Below, in pieces: positions 39,177 through 48,313 of a DNA stretch of 64,000 bases (its first letter is position 1; each line of letters begins with the position of its first letter). The notes under the pieces were generated by a model. That model saw nothing but the letters and a program-made list of their open reading frames with translations, had not been told where the DNA came from and ran no database searches. The DNA is from Thermoprotei archaeon. GTDB taxonomy: Archaea; Thermoproteota; Thermoprotei; QMSL01; B3-G16. The position numbers and the translations under genes are program-made. The stretch covers positions 16,729 to 80,728 of the forward strand of contig JAGGXX010000056.1 of assembly GCA_021162845.1 (NCBI GenBank). Reading direction: 5' to 3'.

Positions 39177-39743
39177 CTAGAACTCTATCTTCGTCCTCTC
39201 CTCTATCTCCCTGCCGCCAACCTCTAGGTAAGGCATCTTCCTGAAGTTATGTCTCCTCGCTATCACATTAGAGGGGAACATGTCTATTCTGGCATTATAT
39301 TCCTGTATTATATTATTATATGTATATCTATGCCTGGCGATCTCGTCCTCTACGGCTTTTATGGAATCCATGAGCTTGGCTACCATCTCGGCAGTTCTCA
39401 ATGTTGGATAGGCCTCCGCTATAGCCATGATCCTTCCGAGGAGGAGTCGTGACTCCCTTTCGATCTTCTTAACTTCCTCTGGTGAGGCCTTAATGACGGC
39501 GTTCCTCATCTGTACTACCCTCTCGAGGGTCTCCCTTTCGAACTTAGCATAGCTCTTCGTGGCCTCCATTAACTGAGAGATCAGGTCAAGCCTCTTCCTC
39601 AAAGCGACTCGGATCTGGTTAAGGGTCGCCTCACTGGCGTTTCGCAAGGCCTGAAACCGGTTGAATAGATAGACGTAATAGGCTATGAACCCGATTGAGG
39701 CCACCGCGACTATGACCCCGATTACCATTAAGAGAATGAACAT
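39177..39743 (-). CDS. lemA: LemA-family protein
   Basis: The 188-aa ORF has an N-terminal TM, then YLFNRFQALRNASEATLNQIRVALRKRLDLISQLMEATKSYAKFERETLERVVQMRN. This is the typical LemA pattern. Confidence 0.9.
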   Translation of the reverse strand: MFILLMVIGVIVAVASIGFIAYYVYLFNRFQALRNASEATLNQIRVALRKRLDLISQLMEATKSYAKFERETLERVVQMRNAVIKASPEEVKKIERESRLLLGRIMAIAEAYPTLRTAEMVAKLMDSIKAVEDEIARHRYTYNNIIQEYNARIDMFPSNVIARRHNFRKMPYLEVGGREIEERTKIEF

Positions 39744-39842
39744 CAGCCCTTTACCTCCGTTTCCAAATCAACCCACCCTCTTAAATTGATTGCGTATGGA
39801 CTGTTTCTAAGGTTAGATCGAGATGGATCCCTATGAAAGCCG

Positions 39843-41276
39843 TTAGCTAAGAGGCGATATAATCACGAGCCACGTCCTTTCTGAAGGAGCTCTTATCTCG
39901 ACGATATCTTTAGTGGCCTGGAGGGTCTCCTGAGCGGTAAATGTTGCCCTCTCGGGATTGAACCACCTTACTTTTAACCCTCCAGAATAACCTTCGACCT
40001 TAAGCTCAGTTTTACCCCCTCTAGGGAAGTAAAGCGCGTAGACCTCACTCGGCCTAGCCAGGCAGTATACCTCGCATCCTAAGTTCTTCACCAGATCAGG
40101 CCTGGGTTCGCAATGGAATATGTCGAAGCTGGATGTGAAGACTCTCGATGCTCTTATGGCCTTTTGAGCTTCCTCGCTTAGCCCTATGCCCGTTGGAGGC
40201 CTGTGGAACCTAGCGCTCGCACAGCCCGCGAATATGCACTTCCAGAACCTATCTAAATTAAGTTCCGGGATGGCTGGTTGGCGGGGCATGGGAGCACCAT
40301 AGATCTTAACGTTATTCATAGGTCTAGGCCCATTGTGCTTCTTTATGATCTCCCTAAACCAAAGTAGTCTTTCGTAGTGAGTCCGTCCCCTCTGCCAGTT
40401 ATTCTGGGATACCTCGGTATATGTGAAGAGCTCGGGATGCTTATAGGTGACGCTATGTAGTTCGTGCGTTAAGTCCCAGGGATCCCACATCTCCGTTAGC
40501 TGTATCTCAACTCCACGTTCCTTCGCTTCCCTGCGCATGAACTCAGCCCAATATAGCGTCCACTCGGAAGGCGCCCTTGTCTCGTTGTCAAGGCAATATA
40601 GAACGTTGGGGAATTCCACGGTCTCATCTAATACTTTAGTTACGAACCTCTCCTGGTATTCGAGGAGAACCTCATCCTTATGTATGGGGGATAGGAAGAA
40701 GGGCTGAGGCTTCCTGGATGGATGCTGATCCCAGTGCTCCTTAAGGCGCGTATCCACACTGGTGTAGTTCAAGTTCATTGCCGGGTTCCACGGACTAATG
40801 GACCAAATCCTATTTTGACCTCTATCCCAGAAATCGTGGGGATCCCATATCTCTATCTGGACTATTATATCGCGTTTACAGGCCTCCTTAAGGCACCTCT
40901 TAAGCCTACTCCAGAACTCAGGGTTGAACTTACTTAGGTCGTATTTACCATTTACCTTCATGAATGGCCATACATTACCCAGATCCCTGCATGAGAGAGT
41001 ACATCGTATGTAGTTGCCACCATGCTTAACCAGAGCGTCTAGGTTATGGGCCATCAGGTCAGGATGATTGAACAGGTTATCCTCATCCGAGCCCCCGAGT
41101 AGGAGCATAGGCTTACCATCATATTCCCAGTAATATGGGTTCTCAGGCCAAGGCTTTATCCTCTCCTCACTCAAGCTGGTTCCCTCTTTTCTATTATTTC
41201 TTATAAAGCTAAATTCGATGTTTATGGAGTAACTCTGATCTATGTTTTTTAAAATTGATCTATTTATCACACACAT
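39843..41276 (-). CDS. putative glycoside hydrolase (TIM-barrel, family not assigned)
   Basis: It has PWPENPYYWEYDGKPMLLLGGSDEDNLFNHPD, IVQIEIWDPHDFW and YCLDNETR (possible NE acid/base). The first ~34 codons of the longest ORF are AT-rich and contain TTTATAAG. A TTG start near 41174 (..SEERIKPW) is more plausible. Confidence 0.5.
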   Translation of the reverse strand: MCVINRSILKNIDQSYSINIEFSFIRNNRKEGTSLSEERIKPWPENPYYWEYDGKPMLLLGGSDEDNLFNHPDLMAHNLDALVKHGGNYIRCTLSCRDLGNVWPFMKVNGKYDLSKFNPEFWSRLKRCLKEACKRDIIVQIEIWDPHDFWDRGQNRIWSISPWNPAMNLNYTSVDTRLKEHWDQHPSRKPQPFFLSPIHKDEVLLEYQERFVTKVLDETVEFPNVLYCLDNETRAPSEWTLYWAEFMRREAKERGVEIQLTEMWDPWDLTHELHSVTYKHPELFTYTEVSQNNWQRGRTHYERLLWFREIIKKHNGPRPMNNVKIYGAPMPRQPAIPELNLDRFWKCIFAGCASARFHRPPTGIGLSEEAQKAIRASRVFTSSFDIFHCEPRPDLVKNLGCEVYCLARPSEVYALYFPRGGKTELKVEGYSGGLKVRWFNPERATFTAQETLQATKDIVEIRAPSERTWLVIISPLS

Positions 41277-41371
41277 TCCTTAGGATCATAAGTAGGGGAG
41301 CCGTGAAGTATCAACTAGGATATCCTCCCATGAGCGCTTCATCAAAATCCCATTACCGGATATTATCCCGT

Positions 41372-41611
41372 TTACGTACATGATGCTACAGCTAATCGTC
41401 TAGCATCATGCCCATATCCAAGTCCCCTGGGCCAATGCTCCAAATGCTTGTCGGCGATGGATCCTAAGGCTCTATTATCGCCTTCACTTCCAGCCATTAC
41501 TCTCACACGCTCGCTCCCATTCACGCCGGTGATCTCTCTTATCCCCCTGGGGATCAGTATCCACCCATTTCCATCAACCCGTACGGTTTTTCCACTTGAG
41601 TGCCCAACCAT
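41372..41611 (-). CDS. AbrB/SpoVT-domain DNA-binding protein
   Basis: The internal Met version (MVGHSSGKTVRVDGNGWILIPRGIREITGVNGSERVRVMA...) has the swapped-hairpin AbrB pattern. The longer ORF to 41728 would overlap the divergent gene start. Confidence 0.5.
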   Translation of the reverse strand: MVGHSSGKTVRVDGNGWILIPRGIREITGVNGSERVRVMAGSEGDNRALGSIADKHLEHWPRGLGYGHDARRLAVASCT

Positions 41612-41686
41612 GATATGTGGGGGCTTAAAAAGCCTAAAAGGATCGAAGCCGGCTATAACCCTTAAGTCCGTAGGGATTGATAGGTT

Positions 41687-42463
41687 ATGAAGGGATGTAG
41701 TATGGGGAGAATACGTATTGCGTTGCAACTTTACTCGGTTCGTGAGGACTGTGCACGTGATCTCCCTGGAACCCTTGAAGCCATAGCCGAGATGGGATAT
41801 GAAGGCGTGGAATTCGCAGGCTATTACGGTCGAAGTGCTGGGGAGCTAAAGGATCTACTTGACGACTTAGGACTGAAGGTAGCTGGGTCTCACATAAGCA
41901 TAAACTCCCTACTAGGCGATGAGCTTAAGAGGACTATTGAGTTCAACAGGATCCTAGGCAATAAGTACCTGATAGTACCGGGATTGCCTGAGGAGATGAG
42001 GAGCTCAAAGGAGGCGTGGTTAAAGACGGCTCAATTGATGAACGAGATCTCTGAGAAGCTGAAGCTTGAAGGTATGCGCGTAGGGTACCATAACCATACT
42101 GTTGAATTCCAGCCGATTAACGGGGAGATCCCCTGGGACATATTCTTCAAAGCTACAGTACCGGATGTGATCATGCAGTTGGATATCGGGAACGCGATGC
42201 ACGGGGGGCTTAGCTGGGATGAGGTATTGGATATATTGAGGCGATATCCTAAGCGTGCGGTCACCATACACCTTAAGGAGTACTCGTCAAGGAGGAAGGA
42301 TGTGTTAATCGGAGAGGGTGAGGTCAAATGGGAAGAGCTCTTCGAGCTCTGTGAGAGCATAGGCGGTACGGAGTGGTACATAGTTGAACAGGAGGTCTAT
42401 CCCTACCCCCCGCTTGAATGCGTGAAGCGATGTATAGAATATTTAAGGGGGATCTTAGGGTAG
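41687..42463 (+). CDS. xylose-isomerase-like TIM-barrel protein (sugar phosphate isomerase/epimerase family)
   Basis: The 258-aa ORF has IALQLYSVREDCARDLPGTLEAIAEMGYEGVEFAGYY and YHNH...E motifs typical of this family. Confidence 0.85.
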   Translation: MKGCSMGRIRIALQLYSVREDCARDLPGTLEAIAEMGYEGVEFAGYYGRSAGELKDLLDDLGLKVAGSHISINSLLGDELKRTIEFNRILGNKYLIVPGLPEEMRSSKEAWLKTAQLMNEISEKLKLEGMRVGYHNHTVEFQPINGEIPWDIFFKATVPDVIMQLDIGNAMHGGLSWDEVLDILRRYPKRAVTIHLKEYSSRRKDVLIGEGEVKWEELFELCESIGGTEWYIVEQEVYPYPPLECVKRCIEYLRGILG

Positions 42464-42520
42464 GCCGCTGCTTCTCGAGGGCTAAATATCACGGTGCATT
42501 TCAGCTTTTTATCCCTCCTC

Positions 42521-42745
42521 ATAACTAATTTATCTTTAGGCAATTAATGTAAAAGCCTAATTTTACAAATAATGTAAATTAATTTATAAATTCATTAATG
42601 CTTTATTAGTAAATATTTTTGGTTTATAAATAAAATCAATGGTAACCACTTGGGAAAATTATCGAAAGACTTAAAAATCCTCTGGCACTAGTATGCATGA
42701 AGTCTTCACTAGAGACTTCTAAAGACATAAGAGTAGAGGATTGGT
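42521..42745 (+). promoter_or_regulatory. exceptionally AT-rich upstream region of the giant surface-protein gene with repeated short motifs
   Basis: TAATGTAAA occurs at 42545-42553 and 42570-42578. TTTATAAAT-type boxes occur twice (about 42584 and 42622). The stretch 42530-42640 is almost devoid of G/C by eye. Confidence 0.4.
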
Positions 42746-45700
42746 TTGAAATATTCGAAAATAATGTCGGATAATAATGCGGCATCATACGTCTTAAGAA
42801 TAACGGCGTTGTTTCTCGTGTTATGTATCTCATTGCCCCAGATGTATCCACTATTAGCCCTTTCTCAGGCTAATGCTATCTTAGCTGAGGATCAGAGGCC
42901 TAGAACTCCTAGCTCTCCTGAGATCCTTAAGGGCATGGTTCCTTTTAATGTAATGCAACAAGCCAACGTAGTTAAGCTGGTTATGGGCCCTGGTCAGTAC
43001 TTTGAGACCAGGAGTTGGATTGGCGCTACGACTGTAGATCCCGGCGATACCTCCTTGTATCTTAAGGTATGGTGGGAGGTAGAGGGCGAGACTGCTTCTT
43101 GGTTCAACATACGCCCTAATCCTGTGAGGATAGGACAGGGGGAGAAGAAGTGGATAGTTATAACGATCAAAGCCCCTAGGGATGCTAAAGTCGGATATCG
43201 TGAGGGCGTCATACGCGGCATGTATGCATGGTTTAACGATAAGGGGCAAGTAAGTAAGGTTCAGGAACTTGGGACAAGCCGACATGTAATCCTGATAGAT
43301 CCTCGTCCTGCGTTATTAAAGCTAATAGATGATCTCGAGTACAAAGCACGAGGGGCGTTGCGCGCTCATGTTCGCTTGAGCGCAGAGGCCATGGCATTAT
43401 ACGCCGAGAACTTCGATGTGGACTGGTTTCAGAACATGGTCGTATTAGGCCTTACAATAGCGGACATATTGTCGCCTGATCCATCTAAGCTGGGGAAGAT
43501 GCCAGTATGGTTGATTAGATTGGGGAAGGTTCTGAAGTGGGTCAATTACCATAATAGGGCATACACGGCTTACTCGCTCTGGGGTGAGTTCTCTAAGTGG
43601 ATGAAGAGCCCTGATATGCCTAAAGAGTATAGCGCCCGTGTTCGTTTCTTCTATGATAAGATAATGAATGAAATGCCCGTGAATTTTGAGATTCAGAGGG
43701 AATATCCAGGAGGGCATGAGTTCTCCATTCGATATCACACGCGAGGTTTAGCAGCTCTCGATCAGAGCATTAGCGGCTTCTGCGAGAAGCTTCGCTCTAG
43801 GGTTAAAGGCTTGCCAGACGATAAGCTAGACGCCCTCACGACTGCGTATCCCCTAATAGTCGAGTTCGTTACCAGGTACACCCGGTACTTCTCTACATCA
43901 AAGTACGAAAGCGTAGTTGTTCCTAAGTATCCCTATAAGCTCACCCAGAACATAGAATCCCCAGACTACACCTCGGTATGGAACTTCGGTAATCAGAGGT
44001 GGATGTACAAGTCAATATTTGAAATTATAAAGCTAAGGGAGAAGGCCTCGTCTTGGACCTGGACTTCCATATTTAGCGGGGCAGGTGGAACATTATTAGG
44101 CGCTGCTGGATCCTTAGCGTTCTTGATCTCCGGTCTCTCAACCGGAGGTGTGACGTGGATGATCGGAGGTTCTATAGTTTTAGGCGGCCTCTCAGGCTAC
44201 GCCGCTCATAAGGCTACTAGGTATCAGGTGAGGGCTGACGAAGCTGCCATTGGGTTAAACACGCTAGTGGGACTTACCCTCATGACGGGTGAGGGTGGGG
44301 CGCGGGATATAACGGGATGCCTTTTCGACTTACTTGGATTCATGGAAGGGGTTCTGACGGAGGTCGAACTACGCGCTCAGGGATCAACAGAAACCACCGC
44401 ATTATACGATTATGCCCCCTTTAGCATTGCGGTAGAAAGCCCTAAGCCCGTTGGTGAGGTAATTTCCCTTTCAACACCCGACGTAATCATACCTGAAGGC
44501 GGGGAGATGGGCTCAGGTACTGGGAGCATAACGATAAGGAACAATGGTGCCCTTGAGGCCAGAGTAGCAGGCCTTGTAACGGTATACGCTCCAATCAGGG
44601 ATCAGGATAGGGTGCTTGCGTTATCCTCCTTCTCTTTACCATCGGTTAAGTTAGCGCCAGGTGAGACTAGAACCTTGAAGTTCTCGTACTATGGTCCTGC
44701 CTCCTCATGGTGGGGGGCGAGTTACCTAGTTGAGGCCTTGGTGACCTTGATCACTAAGGATGATTGCTTTTCCCTGGCTCCAGCCATATCCTCTTTTTAC
44801 GTGGGGACACAAGAGGAGATCTCGAGTCTTCGGCAAAAAGAGAACGTGATCCTTGAGGGCATTATGGACTTCAGTGGAACTTCCATCGAAAGGACCTTCA
44901 CGATATCCCCTGATACGATATCCTTTTCCCTAGTCTTAATGGATAGCGGGGGAGACTTTGATTTGCACCTCTATGACGAGTACGGCAATCATGTGGGCTT
45001 TGATTACGCGGGTAACCACACAGAAATAGGAATACCGGGTGCCACTTATACAGGAAGAAGTTCTTATCCCGAGCGTATCACGATCTCGAGCGTATCTAGT
45101 CGTACTTTCACGTTAAAGGTTGTCGGCGTAAGAAGCGTCGTAGACGAAAGGTATAAGGTTCTCCTGGTAGAAGTTCCCGCTAGGTCACCTATTTTAACAG
45201 TAATCCCAACGTCGATTCAGGGAATAGGCTCACCTGGAGATAGAGTAGAGGCTGAGCTCTTCATACAGGAAATCGGGGGATCCCGAGGAGAATCGATTTC
45301 AATAGAGGCAGAGGGAGATATCAAGGACTGGATCCAGATATCGGATGCCCACCTTAATGTTATGGCTGGGGGCACGGCATCGGTTCAGCTGGAGATAGAC
45401 ATTCCACCTTATGCTCAGCCCGGGGTTAGCTATAACGGATATATAGTAGTTAGCCCCGAGTCCTCAAGTCGTCATCGTATATCCGTTGAGGTCATAATTA
45501 TAGGACAAAGAGGTCAACCGATAACGCAATCCCTTCAAGTAGTTTCAGTGAATTATCCCTCCACGGTAAAACCAGGTGATACGTTCGTAGTTGAGGTGAA
45601 GGTAAGCTATGTGTTCCTTAGACCTACTTCGGTCTTCATAGGCATATTAGACGTAGATGCCGAAGAATATCTCCCTACGGAGCCAATGGGCATCTTCGAA

Positions 45701-46441
45701 ATTAATGGAAATGGGACAACGACCATAACCCTAAGGTTAAAGGCCCCTCCGGATGAGGGGGTACTCCATCTGAGTGCTGATGCGTACTATAAACAGGGTG
45801 ATCAATGGGTTCATCAAGAGGAGGGATGGTATCAGGAGTTCGAAGTGCAGGTCTCAGAATGCCTTATAGCCACAGCTACCTATGGATCGGAGCTGAGCCC
45901 TGAAGTTCAGTTCCTAAGGGATTTCAGAGACCATGTAGTACTATGTACCTTTACTGGAAGGCAGTTTATGATAGCTTTTAATACCGTCTATTATTCATTC
46001 AGTCCCACCGTAGCCTCAGTAATTTCCAGTAGTGAAGTAATGAGGAATATCATGAGAGGCCTGCTGTACCCTCTAATGGCGATCTTACACTTGGGCTCCA
46101 TTGTATACTCTTTCCTAAGCTTTAGTCCTGATGCAGGCATTATGGCTTTCTGCTTAGTGGTCAGTTCGCTCATGGGTGTGGTCTACATGGTCCCTTGGCT
46201 ACTGCTCCTTAATTTCTTCAGAAGGATATCCATTCCTCAAAGAGTAATAAAAATACTATCCCTCATATGGATGACGAGCATTGGTGTCATACCCTTAGCG
46301 GAGATATTTACATTTCCCCTTCTAATGATGATTGGAGGAGTGGTTTTCGTTATCACTACGGCATTCTTAGCTATGGTGATCGCAACGGAAAAGATAATCA
46401 AATATCTTCCTCTAGCAAGCGACTTGAAAGGAGTTACATAA
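42746..46441 (+). CDS. giant (about 1230 aa) cell-surface protein with Ig-like/PPC-like domains, an internal Gly-zipper TM hairpin and a multi-TM C-terminus
   Basis: - **N-terminus.** It is signal-like (ITALFLVLCISLPQMYPLLALSQANA); an ATG at 42764 is a plausible true start.
- **Beta-sandwich-like segments.** One example is VRIGQGEKKWIVITIKAPRDAKVGYREGVI.
- **PPC-like motif.** GGDFDLHLYDEYGNHVG.
- **Gly-rich hydrophobic hairpin.** GAGGTLLGAAGSLAFLISGLSTGGVTWMIGGSIVLGGLSGYAA.
- **C-terminus.** CLIATATYGSELSPEVQFLRDFRDHVV is followed by 4-5 hydrophobic helices. Confidence 0.8.
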   Translation: MKYSKIMSDNNAASYVLRITALFLVLCISLPQMYPLLALSQANAILAEDQRPRTPSSPEILKGMVPFNVMQQANVVKLVMGPGQYFETRSWIGATTVDPGDTSLYLKVWWEVEGETASWFNIRPNPVRIGQGEKKWIVITIKAPRDAKVGYREGVIRGMYAWFNDKGQVSKVQELGTSRHVILIDPRPALLKLIDDLEYKARGALRAHVRLSAEAMALYAENFDVDWFQNMVVLGLTIADILSPDPSKLGKMPVWLIRLGKVLKWVNYHNRAYTAYSLWGEFSKWMKSPDMPKEYSARVRFFYDKIMNEMPVNFEIQREYPGGHEFSIRYHTRGLAALDQSISGFCEKLRSRVKGLPDDKLDALTTAYPLIVEFVTRYTRYFSTSKYESVVVPKYPYKLTQNIESPDYTSVWNFGNQRWMYKSIFEIIKLREKASSWTWTSIFSGAGGTLLGAAGSLAFLISGLSTGGVTWMIGGSIVLGGLSGYAAHKATRYQVRADEAAIGLNTLVGLTLMTGEGGARDITGCLFDLLGFMEGVLTEVELRAQGSTETTALYDYAPFSIAVESPKPVGEVISLSTPDVIIPEGGEMGSGTGSITIRNNGALEARVAGLVTVYAPIRDQDRVLALSSFSLPSVKLAPGETRTLKFSYYGPASSWWGASYLVEALVTLITKDDCFSLAPAISSFYVGTQEEISSLRQKENVILEGIMDFSGTSIERTFTISPDTISFSLVLMDSGGDFDLHLYDEYGNHVGFDYAGNHTEIGIPGATYTGRSSYPERITISSVSSRTFTLKVVGVRSVVDERYKVLLVEVPARSPILTVIPTSIQGIGSPGDRVEAELFIQEIGGSRGESISIEAEGDIKDWIQISDAHLNVMAGGTASVQLEIDIPPYAQPGVSYNGYIVVSPESSSRHRISVEVIIIGQRGQPITQSLQVVSVNYPSTVKPGDTFVVEVKVSYVFLRPTSVFIGILDVDAEEYLPTEPMGIFEINGNGTTTITLRLKAPPDEGVLHLSADAYYKQGDQWVHQEEGWYQEFEVQVSECLIATATYGSELSPEVQFLRDFRDHVVLCTFTGRQFMIAFNTVYYSFSPTVASVISSSEVMRNIMRGLLYPLMAILHLGSIVYSFLSFSPDAGIMAFCLVVSSLMGVVYMVPWLLLLNFFRRISIPQRVIKILSLIWMTSIGVIPLAEIFTFPLLMMIGGVVFVITTAFLAMVIATEKIIKYLPLASDLKGVT

Positions 46442-46559
46442 GCTTTTTTAACTATTAAAATACCTTAAGGTAAAGCTCCAGCCTCTTCCTATGATGAAGC
46501 CATTAACCTAAAAACCTGATTATTTAAAGCTCCTTAGCAGGAGTTCTCTTGGGAACTAT

Positions 46560-47684
46560 ATGCTTAATTCATGGGATAGAATGACATCTGCGCTTAACTT
46601 AGAGGAACCTGATCGCGTTCCCCTCTTCGAGATGCACGCGCCTTCTGAGGTCGTCTCATCGGTGCTGAAGAAGAGATCCCTCTATCAGAACATACCATTA
46701 ATCCTCAACTTACTATCCTCAGGGGTAGATCCGGTTAGGTTAAATAAGATCATAGCTAAGGAGGCACTTGAATTTCATAGGAGATTAGGTCTCGACTGGA
46801 TACGCGTGCCCATGGCTTATAGTAGATCGACTAAGGTCAAGCGATTAGGATGGAATACCTGGCTCATAGGCAATACACGCTATTATTACTCGGCTGGTAG
46901 CTTATGGTGGCTTGATGAGCCCGCCACATACGACCCTGAGGAAGTTCTCAGCAAAGCACGCTGTTCCCCGCCTGAAGTTGATTATGATGGACTTGACATA
47001 CTTAAGGAATTAGCTAAGAGAGTGAAGGAAAGGCTCTTCCTTTCCTTTGACGCTGATGGTTCTTGGGGGCCCATAGTCTCAAGGCCTAAGCTGCTCGTAC
47101 ACGTCCTGCTCTGGATGCGCACTAGGAGGGATGTAGTTAGGTCTCTAATAGATTATCACACTAGGTTCGCTATAGAGCTAGGCAAAGCGGCTATAGACGA
47201 GGGGGCTGATGCTATTTTAATGTGTGTGGATTACGGACATGCTAAGGGACCTTGGTTTTCCCCCACATACTTCAGGGAATTCATCAAGCCAGCTCTGAGG
47301 ATGCAGGTCAATGCCTTCAAAAGACGAGGGGCGTATGCCATATTACATTCCGATGGGAACATAGACCCATTGCTTAGCGATATAGCCGATGCGGGAGTAG
47401 ATGCGTATCAGGGCATAGACGTCATAGCCGGAATGAACTTAGCGAAGGTGAAGCGGCTTTACGGAGATAGAATATGTCTCATCGGCAATGTGAACCCTAG
47501 GGTCCTGCAATACGGCTCCAAAAGGGATGTAGCTAATGAGGTCGTTAGATGCATGAATCAAGGTGCTCCCGGTGGAGGTTACGTCTTATCAACTTCAGCT
47601 AACGTCTCAGCTGGGACTAATGTTGAGAACTTCCTCTATATGATAGAACTTGCCAGGAGAATTCAGGAGTATCCAAGACCATGA
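46560..47684 (+). CDS. URO-D/MtaA-like superfamily protein (paralogue 2 of 3)
   Basis: The 374-aa ORF has LEEPDRVPLFE near the N-terminus and ILHSDGNIDPLLSDIADAGVDAYQGID. There is no HemE signature. Confidence 0.7.
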   Translation: MLNSWDRMTSALNLEEPDRVPLFEMHAPSEVVSSVLKKRSLYQNIPLILNLLSSGVDPVRLNKIIAKEALEFHRRLGLDWIRVPMAYSRSTKVKRLGWNTWLIGNTRYYYSAGSLWWLDEPATYDPEEVLSKARCSPPEVDYDGLDILKELAKRVKERLFLSFDADGSWGPIVSRPKLLVHVLLWMRTRRDVVRSLIDYHTRFAIELGKAAIDEGADAILMCVDYGHAKGPWFSPTYFREFIKPALRMQVNAFKRRGAYAILHSDGNIDPLLSDIADAGVDAYQGIDVIAGMNLAKVKRLYGDRICLIGNVNPRVLQYGSKRDVANEVVRCMNQGAPGGGYVLSTSANVSAGTNVENFLYMIELARRIQEYPRP

Positions 47685-47818
47685 GAGTGTGCTGGATATT
47701 GGCCTGTGGTAGGTCTGAGGTCTTCTTAAGGATAAGAAGCTTGGTGCTCTTCTGAGATCAATCCTAGCGCTGATAGGGGGCACTAGGAGTTGATACTCGT
47801 TCGATTAAGCCATAAACT

Positions 47819-48148
47819 TCAACCCCTGGTTAACCAGAGGATCGTTAAGAAGACGCTATAACCTAAGAGAGCTCCTATAGCGTTGTTAAAGACATCAAGG
47901 ACATTAGCGCTTCTCCATGGAATGAAAAGCTGGAGTAACTCGGTAATAGGTGTGCAACCTAAGGATATCAGTAGTCCTTTAGATGAGCTTCTCAGAGACC
48001 ATATCCATAGGGATGTGAGGATGGCATACGATAATATGTGTCCCATGTCCAATAGCTCCGAGACGCCAGGCCCGCCTTTTATCGGGAGCACGGATCCTAG
48101 GCATATGAGGAGTAACCACAAGATAGAGAGTATCTTCCTGAGGTTCAT
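47819..48148 (-). CDS. VanZ-like membrane protein
   Basis: The 109-aa ORF has 3-4 TM helices. HILSYAILTSLWIW and TELLQLFIPWRSANVLDVFNNAIGALLGY fit the VanZ-like pattern. Confidence 0.65.
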   Translation of the reverse strand: MNLRKILSILWLLLICLGSVLPIKGGPGVSELLDMGHILSYAILTSLWIWSLRSSSKGLLISLGCTPITELLQLFIPWRSANVLDVFNNAIGALLGYSVFLTILWLTRG

Positions 48149-48313
48149 GAATTAGGATTATCATCTATGCTGATTTAAATGCTTAAAAGACCATTTTGTC
48201 CATGAACTTATATTAAATTACTGTAGTCAAAGGTGAATTCTCCCCATCCATATCCTTAATAGTAGTATTGATAATTCATCTCAGGGCTACCCTTATGCCG
48301 AATATCCTGAAGG

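Noticed and set aside
41372-41728. The full 118-aa version of the AbrB-like ORF.
   Set aside because: It would overlap the divergent isomerase gene start by 42 nt, and its first 39 residues are non-descript. The internal Met at 41611 gives a normal-sized AbrB-domain protein.
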